Positions 8,154 to 15,958 of a DNA stretch of 32,000 bases are shown here, in pieces; within the stretch, counting starts at the first letter, position 1; each line of letters starts with the position of its first letter. The notes below the pieces were generated by a model. The model did no database searches and had not been told where the DNA came from. It was given only the letters and a program-made list of their open reading frames with translations. Made by a program: the position numbers and the translations under genes. The stretch covers positions 120,001 to 152,000 of the forward strand of contig NC_008698.1 in NCBI RefSeq assembly GCF_000015225.1, given 5' to 3'. Source of the DNA: Thermofilum pendens Hrk 5. Lineage in GTDB: Archaea > Thermoproteota > Thermoprotei > Thermofilales > Thermofilaceae.

Positions 8154-9572
8154 CTACCTACGCTTAATTTGCAATGTGACTATTACCGCCGCAGCCACCA
8201 TGGGTAGAAAGAGAAGGATGGGAATATTCCTCTCCAGGAACTTGATAGTCTCCTTTACTGGGTCAAATCTCCTTGCGTAAGGCTGAATAAAAACTTCTAG
8301 GCTCGACGTAGAGGCATTGAGTAAAGCTCCCCGGTAGTCAAGCGCTAAAGCTTCCACCTCGGGCGTCGCCCTAGCCTTCATAACGCCGTGAAGCGTCCTC
8401 CAGCCGTAGATCGGCGATAGCATCGCCGATACCTGTTTTCCGTATTCCGCGAGGACGACTTCCCTCAGCGAGCAGTTATTCGAGAGACACACCTCCCTCC
8501 CGGAGAAGACCTCGAAGACCTCTCCGTCCGTCTTGAAGACCGCCTCCCTCGCGCCCCACGGAGCCTTCACCGGTAAAACCGACGAGTTGGAGGCTTTAAC
8601 CAGGTACGCTCCCTGGAAGGCGAGGTCCCAGGCTCCCCTCAGCGTGTAGTTCAGTATCAGCGCCCCAGAAGTATCCTCCTCGAAGCCTCCGTACGCGACC
8701 ACTACGTACGCTCCGCCTACACGTGTCACGGCGACGGCGTACTCTTCGCCGTAGCCCGTGATGGATGAAAGATACAGGAGCCCGCCCACTTCTGACACCC
8801 TGGCTACGAAGCCGTCATGCGTACCGTCGCCGCCCACAGTGCTCCCAACTAACAGTAGAGACCCGTCGTCGAGCGGTAAAGCGTCCTCAGGAGTGTCTAT
8901 CCCGGCGCCGCCGACCACGGTGTCGTCCTTCAGCTCTAGCTGTGGGGTTAGCCTGGCTACAAAAACGTCTCCCTGCGAGACATTGTACGCCCACGTCTCC
9001 CCGACCACCACGAGGTAGCCGCCTGCGTAGAGAATCCTTCTCGGATGGTCGTCAAAAGAGGGACTCCCGAAGACAACCACGCGCACGGGTGTGCCCTTTG
9101 AGAGCCTTACGACGACAACGTCGGAGCTCCTCGTGGTAGCCTCAGCGTAGACGTATCCAGCTACGAAGAGGGTGCCGTTTCCAAGCGAGACGACGTCTAC
9201 TCCGTACAGCGGCACGGCGCTTCGCAAGGCGTACACTCTTGGCTCGCCGCGAGGCTCTACTTCCGCTACTAGAATGGACGGCGCTCCTTCCAGGAAAACT
9301 GTGCCCACGAAAACCCCACTCCCGTTGGTGGCGTAGGAGCCCGTAACGAAGCCGGGGGCGTCCACGTAGTAGAGTTTACGTGTAGAGTTTGAAACGTAGC
9401 CGAAGAACGGTAGGGAGTATGCTCCCACTTTCAGTGAGCCGCCTAGGAAGACGCAATCCCTGTCGAAGTGCGCCGTCAGCAGGTTGACCTTCGCCGGGGC
9501 ACCCAGGCTAGGCACGAGTAACAGGAGTAGCGCGGCGGAAATCAGTAAGGCGGCAATACGTAGCCTCGACAC
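8154..9572 (-). CDS. secreted, C-terminally anchored beta-propeller-like surface protein (SBBP-type repeats)
   Basis: Signal peptide MSRLRIAALLISAALLLLLVPSLGA and C-terminal TM ILLFLPMVAAAVIVTL. Blade-like units recur: LFVAGYVY...SDVVVVRL, YLVVVGETWAY..QGDVFVARL, LLLVGSTVGGDGTHDGFVARV, YVVVAYGGFEEDTSGALILNY. Several N-x-S/T sequons. GTG start. Confidence 0.6.
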   Translation of the reverse strand: MSRLRIAALLISAALLLLLVPSLGAPAKVNLLTAHFDRDCVFLGGSLKVGAYSLPFFGYVSNSTRKLYYVDAPGFVTGSYATNGSGVFVGTVFLEGAPSILVAEVEPRGEPRVYALRSAVPLYGVDVVSLGNGTLFVAGYVYAEATTRSSDVVVVRLSKGTPVRVVVFGSPSFDDHPRRILYAGGYLVVVGETWAYNVSQGDVFVARLTPQLELKDDTVVGGAGIDTPEDALPLDDGSLLLVGSTVGGDGTHDGFVARVSEVGGLLYLSSITGYGEEYAVAVTRVGGAYVVVAYGGFEEDTSGALILNYTLRGAWDLAFQGAYLVKASNSSVLPVKAPWGAREAVFKTDGEVFEVFSGREVCLSNNCSLREVVLAEYGKQVSAMLSPIYGWRTLHGVMKARATPEVEALALDYRGALLNASTSSLEVFIQPYARRFDPVKETIKFLERNIPILLFLPMVAAAVIVTLQIKRR

Positions 9573-9620
9573 GCCTCCCCACGTACGTTGTTTGTGCGCC
9601 TTATTTAGGCGTTGTGCTCT

Positions 9621-10232
9621 TTATAGCGAGAGTAGGAGGAGCTTGCACTGAAGCCGTAGAAGCCTGAAGGGCGAGTGGAGAGTTATTGCCCCCTTCTCTC
9701 TGAGCGCTTCTACGGCTTTCCCGAGCGCATCCGTGGACACGCCGAGCCTCCTCGCAGCTTCCTCGAATGAGCTTGAAGAGGCGATTGCTTTCACGACTTC
9801 TACCTCCGGTGGGGACAGGTTCGCCGGGCTTACAGAGAGCAGTTTTTCCAACGTCAGCGCTACTGCTTCCTCCACTAGGCGTAGGAGCTCCTCTGTGTCG
9901 ACGAAGTAGACGTAGTCGGGTATGAGTAGCACCTTTACGCCCAGCTCTTCGGCCGTAGCTTTTGCGGCTTCATCGGAGAAGCCTCTCGCGATGAGGAGCG
10001 GCTTGGCTCCGAGGAGCGCGGCGTTCGCGTATACCTGCCTTACGTCTGTAACAGAGACCCTCCCGGACTTCACCTCAACGGCGTACGCCTCGCCGTTCTT
10101 CCTAGCGAGGATGTCTACCTCCGCTAGGCTTACGCCGTTCCTCTCAAGCCTCAGGCGGGTTTGCTCTACGGAGAACCCTTCGAGCTCTAAGATTAGGCGC
10201 GCCAATGCCTCCACCCATACCCCGCGCGTCAC
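9621..10232 (-). CDS. PD-(D/E)xK (RecB/restriction-endonuclease-like) nuclease domain protein with C-terminal HTH
   Basis: Core motif EVDILARKNGEAYAVEVKSG (D-x12-E-x-K) follows an N-terminal Glu-containing helix. C-terminal HTH-like segment FEEAARRLGVSTDALGKAVEALREKG. The GTG at 10232 overlaps the upstream TGA (GTGA). Alternative starts are the ATG at 10247 and the GTG at 10253. Confidence 0.6.
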   Translation of the reverse strand: MTRGVWVEALARLILELEGFSVEQTRLRLERNGVSLAEVDILARKNGEAYAVEVKSGRVSVTDVRQVYANAALLGAKPLLIARGFSDEAAKATAEELGVKVLLIPDYVYFVDTEELLRLVEEAVALTLEKLLSVSPANLSPPEVEVVKAIASSSSFEEAARRLGVSTDALGKAVEALREKGAITLHSPFRLLRLQCKLLLLSL

Positions 10233-11290
10233 GCCTTGCCCACCCATATCCACGAGAACATTTTCCTTGCTTCGCTCAGCGAGATTTTCGAGTCTGGGTC
10301 GACGTAGCCCGCTTCCAGCACGCGGAGCCTAGCCACGGAGGGGGTGTAGCGCCACAAGTGTAGCTCTAGGAACGTTTCTAGCGGCGTAACGCTCGAGTAG
10401 TAGTTCCTATAGGTCCTCGCCATGACCCACTCCACGAGACCCTCGTCCTCGACTTCGTGCTTCGAGGAGACCTCGAGCTCGTAGAGCCCTCTGTACGGGC
10501 AGAACCTACAGCTCACGCGGGGTAACCCTTGAAGGTAGTGGGGGTGTACGAGGCCGGCGCGCCTAACTATTCCCGCGACTTCCGCCGCGGAGAGGTCATG
10601 GACGAGGTTTACCACTCCCCCGTTGAAGTACACTTTTCTCTTAGCGAGGCCGCTGAGCCTTTCGTAGCGCTTCCCGGCCTCGAGCGCCCTCTCGGCTTTA
10701 GCCTCAACCTCGGCCCCTATCTCCTTCTTCGCCTCTCTTAGGGCGCGAGTCTTCAGGTACGTGCACCACCTGTCGCCGCGCTTCGGGAGCCCCTCCCTCA
10801 GCAGGTAGAACTCCAGCTTCCTCCTGTCCGGCTCGACTATTCTCAGGTCGACTCCCAGTCTTGACGCTACTTTCTCCGCGAAGGCTATGTTCTCCACGGG
10901 CTCGAGGTACGGCATGTGCACGTAGACTGCCGTTACCTTGAAGCCCACGATTTCCTGGAGCTTTGTGAGTAGGTAGAGGTTAGCCGTGCTGTCCTTCCCG
11001 CCGCTGAGGTCAGCCATTACGTGCTTACCCTTAAGCTTCTCGCCATGCCTCCGCGCGACCTCGGCCACCCGGTCTTCAACGGGGGCTTCGGTGCTCCACC
11101 CCTTCTCGGCTAGGGGAGGCTCGTAGACGCTTTTAAAGAAGCCCGTGCTACCCCTGTAGAGAGAGCCGCTACCCTGCGACCACAGGTAGAGGGAGGAGGG
11201 TTCGCCCTCGTACTCCACTTCTATGTAGTCGGAGAACGACCTGACGTACCCCCTCCTGCCGCTGGGAGAAAGAAAGGGGTACTTTTCCAT
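10229..11290 (-). CDS. PAPS-reductase-like PP-loop ATP pyrophosphatase family protein
   Basis: PP-loop DLSGGKDST and PAPS-reductase-like RWCTYLKTRAL motif. A CRFC pair lies near the C-terminal third. An N-terminal extension of about 105 aa has unknown fold. The ATG at 11290 (MEKYPF...) avoids overlap with the upstream gene, whereas the track start at 11356 is TTG. Confidence 0.7.
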   Translation of the reverse strand: MEKYPFLSPSGRRGYVRSFSDYIEVEYEGEPSSLYLWSQGSGSLYRGSTGFFKSVYEPPLAEKGWSTEAPVEDRVAEVARRHGEKLKGKHVMADLSGGKDSTANLYLLTKLQEIVGFKVTAVYVHMPYLEPVENIAFAEKVASRLGVDLRIVEPDRRKLEFYLLREGLPKRGDRWCTYLKTRALREAKKEIGAEVEAKAERALEAGKRYERLSGLAKRKVYFNGGVVNLVHDLSAAEVAGIVRRAGLVHPHYLQGLPRVSCRFCPYRGLYELEVSSKHEVEDEGLVEWVMARTYRNYYSSVTPLETFLELHLWRYTPSVARLRVLEAGYVDPDSKISLSEARKMFSWIWVGKA

Positions 11291-11312
11291 CACACTGGCT
11301 TCCCTGGCTCGG

Positions 11313-11957
11313 CTATACCACCTCCACCCTGACTTTGCCTTGGAGCTTCTCGGCAAACCTCCTGGCGTCGCTCTCGGAGCCCACTATAGCCCCGTAGTGC
11401 ATCGGTATGGCTAGCTCGGGGGATATTGTCTCCGCGGCTTTCACAGCCTCGTCGGCGTCCATGACGTAGGTCCCGCTAACCGGGAGTAGGGCTACGCTGA
11501 CCTTGCCCTTCAGCGACGCCATCTCCGGTATAAAGTCGGTGTCGCCCGCGTGGTAGACTACGACGTCTCCTAGCCTTACGAGGACCCCTATCCCCTTGTA
11601 GTCCTTGGGGTGGAACCTCTTGCCTACGTTGTATGCCGGCACAGCCTCTATCTCGACTCCCTTCACGGCGACCCTGTCCCCGGGGTTGAGGAGCTTGTAC
11701 TCGTATCCCAGCCCCTTAACCTTCGCGGCGCAGTTCACGCTGGCGACAACGACGGTGGTCTGCTTGGCTACCTTCCTTATATCGTCCGGGCTACAGTGGT
11801 CGTAGTGGTCGTGCGTGCATACCACTATGTCGGCGTCCCGGGGGGAGCTTGGCACCTGGAAGGGATCTATGTAGACAACGACTTTTCCATCCGTAATCCT
11901 GAAGGCGGCGTGCCCGAGGCGGGTTATGCTCACCCCTCGGAAATTAACGCTGCCCAT
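11313..11957 (-). CDS. metallo-beta-lactamase fold hydrolase (UPF0173-like)
   Basis: HxHxDH motif (CTHDHYDHC), downstream YHAGDT and PMHYG metal-ligand-type motifs, about 214 aa. ATG start. Confidence 0.8.
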   Translation of the reverse strand: MGSVNFRGVSITRLGHAAFRITDGKVVVYIDPFQVPSSPRDADIVVCTHDHYDHCSPDDIRKVAKQTTVVVASVNCAAKVKGLGYEYKLLNPGDRVAVKGVEIEAVPAYNVGKRFHPKDYKGIGVLVRLGDVVVYHAGDTDFIPEMASLKGKVSVALLPVSGTYVMDADEAVKAAETISPELAIPMHYGAIVGSESDARRFAEKLQGKVRVEVV

Positions 11958-12025
11958 GACCCTCAGAAGATTAATTGTGTACAGTGTAATAAACCCAGCG
12001 CGGATCTCTCCGGACGAGAAGGCGC

Positions 12026-12391
12026 TTATTCGCGGGGCGCTATCCTGGCTATCGGGGCTCCCTGCTTTACGACTTCGCCCTCAGCTACGAGCACTTCTTT
12101 TACCACGCCGTTCATGCTCGACTTTACCTCTATCAAAGTCTTCATAGCCTCCATCGTGGCTATAGTAGTCCCTTTCTCGACCCTTTGACCCTCCTTTACG
12201 AGTATCCTGCTGACCCTCCCGGTTATGGGGGCCACCACGTACTCCTTCGACTGGGGCTGTGCTTCGACCTTTTTGACGAGGCTTGTCTGGAGCACGGAGA
12301 GTACTGTTCCGAGGGGGGTCTCGCCCTCCGGTACCTCTACCTCCACCTCGTATGCCTCGCCCTCCACGATTACGAGAAACCTCTTCTTCAA
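12026..12391 (-). CDS. biotin carboxyl carrier protein / biotinyl domain subunit
   Basis: Biotinylation motif EAMKT within ATMEAMKTLIEVKSSMNGVVKEVLV. N-terminus MKKRFLVIVEGEAYEVEVEV is typical of decarboxylase/carboxylase biotin carriers. TTG start preceded by GGTAGGAG. Confidence 0.85.
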   Translation of the reverse strand: MKKRFLVIVEGEAYEVEVEVPEGETPLGTVLSVLQTSLVKKVEAQPQSKEYVVAPITGRVSRILVKEGQRVEKGTTIATMEAMKTLIEVKSSMNGVVKEVLVAEGEVVKQGAPIARIAPRE

Positions 12392-12401
12392 CTCCTACCA
12401 C

Positions 12402-12566
12402 CTACCACGCGGCTACGTCGCTCTCCAGGATATCCGCTAAGGCGGCAAGCCTCCAAGAACCCCTTACCGTCGACTCTCGGAGCGCTTGCCTCCTCGCTTT
12501 GCCCCTCCTGGTATTCAGGTATACTATGACGGCGGCGAGGACGACAGCCCTCCTTGAAGGCTCCAT
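12402..12566 (-). CDS. candidate small ORF (54 aa) in the carboxyltransferase-BCCP spacer
   Basis: Absent from the ORF track. Hand translation MEPSRRAVVLAAVIVYLNTRRGKARRQALRESTVRGSWRLAALADILESDVAAW. It uses AGG for 7 of 8 Arg codons, like the confident genes here. The overlapping 62-aa track ORF in the other frame uses mostly CGN. Confidence 0.3.
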   Translation of the reverse strand: MEPSRRAVVLAAVIVYLNTRRGKARRQALRESTVRGSWRLAALADILESDVAAW

Positions 12567-12579
12567 CGAGGCGCACCCG

Positions 12580-14121
12580 CTATACGGGCGGTACTCCGTG
12601 TTTCCTCGGAGGCCTCGGGTGCTTCTCCCGCTTATCCCTCAGGAACATGAGAGCCTTGTAGATGTAGGAGCGAGTCTCCCGGGGGAACACTATGTCGTCC
12701 ACGTAGCCCCTCGAAGCCGCGAAGTACGGCGTCGTGATCTCCTTCCTGTACTTTTCCTCGAATTCCTTCGCCAGCTCCTCGGGGTTCGCTGCCTTCTCCA
12801 GCTCCCTCTTGTATATGATCTCTATCGCCTCCCTGGGCCCCATGACGGCTATCTCCGCGGTTGGCCATGCGAGGACATAGTCCGCTCCGAGGTGCTTGCT
12901 ACCCATGGCTATGTAGGCCCCTCCGTACGCTTTCCTCAGGATGACGGTGATCTTCGGGGTCGTGGCGTCGGCGTAGGCGTAGATGATCTTCGCTCCGTGC
13001 CTTATGACTCCCCCGTGTTCCTGGTACGTGCCCGGTAGGAAGCCCGGCACGTCGACGAAGGTGATTATCGGGAAGTTGAAAGAGTCGCAGAAAGTCACGA
13101 ACCTCGCTATCTTGTCCGAGGAGTCTATGTCTAGGCAACCGGCGGAGACTGCCGGCTGGTTCGCGACTACGCACACCGGGAAGCCTCCGAGCCTGGCGAA
13201 ACCTACTACGGCATTCGTGGCGAAGTGCGCGTGTACCTCCAGGAACGAGCCTTTATCGAAGACCCTGTTTATCACCTCTTTAACGTCGTAAGGTTTCACG
13301 GGGTCCTCCGGGACAAGCCCGTCGAGCTCGGAGTCCTCCCTGAATGGGTCGTCGCCCGTTTCCGCGTACGGAGGGTCTTCGGTGTTGTTGCTCGGAAGGT
13401 AGCTCAGCAACGCCTTGATTATCCTGATGGCGTGGTCGTCGTCTTCCGCCAGGAAGTGCGCTACACCGCTCTTCGTCGCGTGAATCTCGGCGCCCCCGAG
13501 CTCCTCGAAAGTGACGTCTTCGCCTATGGACGCCTTCACGACCTTGGGTCCGGTTATGAACATGTAGGATTTCTTCGTCATGACTATGAAGTCGGCAAGG
13601 GCTGGGGAGTACACGGCGCCCCCGGCGGCTGGGCCCATGATTGCCACGATCTGCGGGATTACCCCGCTGGCCATCACGTTCCTGTAGAATATCTCCCCGT
13701 AACCCTTCAGCGAGTCGACGCCCTCCTGTATCCGGGCGCCCCCGCTATCGTTTAAGCCTATCACGGGTATTCCAAGCTTTAAGGCAGTCTCTATGGTTCT
13801 CGCGATCTTGTATGCGTGCATCTCGCCAACAGAGCCCCCCATGAACGAGAAGTCCTGGGCGTAGACCGCCACTCTCCTGCCGTCGATGCTTCCAAGGCCC
13901 GCTACGACTCCGTCCCCGAACACCTTCCTGGACTCCATCCCGAAGCCTGTAGCCCTGTGCTGGATGAAGCGGGCAATCGGTACGAAGGAGCCCTTGTCGA
14001 GCAACCTTTCAAGCCTCTCGTGCGCTGTCAGCCTTCCCTGCTCGTGGATCTTCTTCGCGAAGTCCTCCGGAGGCACTTCCGTGAGTCTTCTCTTCTCGAC
14101 TAGCTCGCTAAACCTGTCCAT
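12580..14121 (-). CDS. acyl-CoA carboxyltransferase subunit (PccB / methylmalonyl-CoA decarboxylase alpha family)
   Basis: Full-length two-lobed carboxyl transferase, 513 aa. Motifs NDSGGARIQEG, MGPAAGGAVYSPA, FVDVPGFLPG and AYGGAYIAMG. Confidence 0.9.
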   Translation of the reverse strand: MDRFSELVEKRRLTEVPPEDFAKKIHEQGRLTAHERLERLLDKGSFVPIARFIQHRATGFGMESRKVFGDGVVAGLGSIDGRRVAVYAQDFSFMGGSVGEMHAYKIARTIETALKLGIPVIGLNDSGGARIQEGVDSLKGYGEIFYRNVMASGVIPQIVAIMGPAAGGAVYSPALADFIVMTKKSYMFITGPKVVKASIGEDVTFEELGGAEIHATKSGVAHFLAEDDDHAIRIIKALLSYLPSNNTEDPPYAETGDDPFREDSELDGLVPEDPVKPYDVKEVINRVFDKGSFLEVHAHFATNAVVGFARLGGFPVCVVANQPAVSAGCLDIDSSDKIARFVTFCDSFNFPIITFVDVPGFLPGTYQEHGGVIRHGAKIIYAYADATTPKITVILRKAYGGAYIAMGSKHLGADYVLAWPTAEIAVMGPREAIEIIYKRELEKAANPEELAKEFEEKYRKEITTPYFAASRGYVDDIVFPRETRSYIYKALMFLRDKREKHPRPPRKHGVPPV

Positions 14122-14139
14122 AGGGACCAGCCGGGAAGT

Positions 14140-14706
14140 TCATTCGAGTTCTAGAACCCAGACTTCGTACTCGCTTCCCCCCACCTTCACCTTGACGAGT
14201 TCGGCGCCCCTCTGCACGGCGTCCGCGACTAGCGCTACGTGGCGCTGCAACCTAGAGACCGACTCTAGCCAGTCGTTCTGCGGGTACTTGAGGCCAGCCG
14301 GAATCTTCACGGCCTGCAAAACTTTGGGGGGCACGCTGTCAGGGTTTACAGCCGCTAGCGATAGCCCCGGCCTAACCTGCGCGGGCTCAACGCTGGACAC
14401 TTGAAGCCCTTTTATCGATACGTAGGCTGTACCCGTAGCCTTCACTTCGAGGGATCTTTGGGCGACCCCCGCTCTCCACGTCTCGGCCTGTTCCCCGTCC
14501 GCTAGCACGGTTGCGTCCCCCGTAACCGCGTAGGTGACTCTTTCGTGAAGCTGGAGCTCGAGCGCGCCTCCTCTAACCTCGAATGCGGGAGCTATGAGCG
14601 GGTTGAAGGAAATTATGTTGGCCGCCGCGTGGAGGTACTTGTCTATCGATGATAGTGGCGACGGCGACAGGAAGGTTCTGTTCGCAGAGCGTATTACAAT
14701 CGTCAT
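14140..14706 (-). CDS. hypothetical protein with KipA/PxpC (AHS2, cyclophilin-like) N-terminal-type region
   Basis: By eye, SSIDKYLHAAANIISFNPLIAPAFEVRGGALELQLHERVTYAVTGDATVLADGEQAETWRAGVAQRSLEVKATGTAYVSIKGL follows the AHS2 pattern (D..A...AN...N....A.E....G.L.......A.TG......DG......W....). It is only 188 aa, against about 300 for the family. First gene of the operon, 18 nt upstream of the carboxyltransferase. Confidence 0.35.
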   Translation of the reverse strand: MTIVIRSANRTFLSPSPLSSIDKYLHAAANIISFNPLIAPAFEVRGGALELQLHERVTYAVTGDATVLADGEQAETWRAGVAQRSLEVKATGTAYVSIKGLQVSSVEPAQVRPGLSLAAVNPDSVPPKVLQAVKIPAGLKYPQNDWLESVSRLQRHVALVADAVQRGAELVKVKVGGSEYEVWVLELE

Positions 14707-14740
14707 ACGTCAAGCGCCCGTGGGGGGTGTAGTTACGTGT

Positions 14741-14751
14741 GGTATAAAAGC
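14741..14751 (-). promoter_or_regulatory. TATA-like box (minus strand GCTTTTATACC) for the KipA-like/carboxyltransferase operon
   Basis: A/T box centred about 40 nt upstream of the ATG at 14706, within an otherwise GC-rich 91-nt spacer. Confidence 0.4.
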
Positions 14752-14797
14752 TTTGTCGAAGAAGGCTTCAACTGCTGTCGAAAGTTCCAATTGGTGC

Positions 14798-15958
14798 TTA
14801 GACAACCCAGTCTTCGACGCTCTTCCTTCTAAGGACTATAACTCGAATGAAGCCGGCTAAGAGTATCGTAAGCCAGAGTGGCTGGTAAACGAAGAAGTAG
14901 ACAGGGTATAGGTACAGGTATGACTTCATCTTCACGGCGCGTGATGCCGCGAACTGCCAGAATAGGAACACGAAGAACGCTGTGAGGATTGCTCCCGCCT
15001 TTACGAGGTATATGAGCTGGATGTTCAGAAGCAGGATCGAGGCGAATGGAAGCGCCTGGGCTACTAGGGACGACAACGTGAGCATGAAGAGGTAAGCCGT
15101 CTTCTCGTAGACGTGGTTGCTGAGGACGAACGTTATCAAAGCGCTCGAAAGCGACGGTAGAGCCAGCAGGAGCCCGGGGATCACGGCGTGCGGCATTCTG
15201 AGAAGCGTTTTAAGCGCGTCCGCGAAGTTCTCTTCCAGCCAGGCGGCGAGGCCTATTGCCCACCTTTTGCGTTGCTTAAACCACTTCCTAAAATCGCTCG
15301 GAGGATAGTTGAGTACGTAGGTGTTCTCGATGTACGTAAAGTTATGCTTAGCTTTAAACGACCTCAGGGCTATGTCGAAGTCCTCGGATATCGATGGGCG
15401 GAAGTACCCTATCTCGTCCAGCGCTTTTCTCCTGACGGCGAACGCCGCCCCGTTGACGGCGACTGTTCTCCTAGCGGCCCTCGCCATCAGCTTACTTGCA
15501 AAGTTGTAGGATGCGTACTCGATGTAGACGAGCTTCGAGAGAATACCCCCCGTGTCGACTATAACTTTCTTGATGTCGGCTATGTCGTAGCCCTCCATAG
15601 CCTTCAAAACCTTCTCGATGAAGCGGTCGTCCTCCACGTATACGTCGTCGTCCAGGAATATTACGACCTCGCCGCTAGACTCTCTAAGCGCCTCGTTCAG
15701 CGCGCTAACCTTGCCGCCCCTCTTAGGCCTTAGGATGAGCTTCACCCCGCCGATCCTCCTTAGTTCCTCGGCCACCTCCCTCAGAGGCTCATCCACAACG
15801 ACTACTACTTCCTTGTCCTCGTAGGGGAGGCTCGCCACCCTCTTCACAAGCCTGACTAACCTCTCAGACCCCCTGTACGACGGTATGATGACCGACACCT
15901 TTCGGCCCTGCGAAGCCTTACCCTCCAAGACTACCTCGGCGATAGCGCGGCTAGACAT
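14798..15958 (-). CDS. family 2 glycosyltransferase of the processive synthase type (NodC/chitin/cellulose/hyaluronan synthase-like)
   Basis: Cytoplasmic GT-A domain with VSVIIPSY, VVVVVDE, DxD (FLDDDV), ED (SISEDFD) and the Q-x-x-R-W motif (QRKRW). At least 4 C-terminal TM helices follow. Confidence 0.8.
   Translation of the reverse strand: MSSRAIAEVVLEGKASQGRKVSVIIPSYRGSERLVRLVKRVASLPYEDKEVVVVVDEPLREVAEELRRIGGVKLILRPKRGGKVSALNEALRESSGEVVIFLDDDVYVEDDRFIEKVLKAMEGYDIADIKKVIVDTGGILSKLVYIEYASYNFASKLMARAARRTVAVNGAAFAVRRKALDEIGYFRPSISEDFDIALRSFKAKHNFTYIENTYVLNYPPSDFRKWFKQRKRWAIGLAAWLEENFADALKTLLRMPHAVIPGLLLALPSLSSALITFVLSNHVYEKTAYLFMLTLSSLVAQALPFASILLLNIQLIYLVKAGAILTAFFVFLFWQFAASRAVKMKSYLYLYPVYFFVYQPLWLTILLAGFIRVIVLRRKSVEDWVV

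Noticed and set aside
12388-12576. 62-aa track ORF in the carboxyltransferase-BCCP spacer.
   Set aside because: The sequence is highly charged and looks disordered, and its CGN-dominated Arg codons are unlike the confident genes. It is kept only as the less likely alternative to the 54-aa ORF in the other frame (see findings).
12283-13038. Long antisense ORFs in the track (for example 12283-13038 at 251 aa, 845-1411, 11610-12188, 13225-13755, 13886-14404, 15188-15733, 21736-22185, 22721-23221).
   Set aside because: All lie opposite confidently assigned genes. Their translations are Arg/Pro/Ser/Gly-rich low-complexity strings without motifs. Such shadow ORFs are expected in GC-rich sequence.
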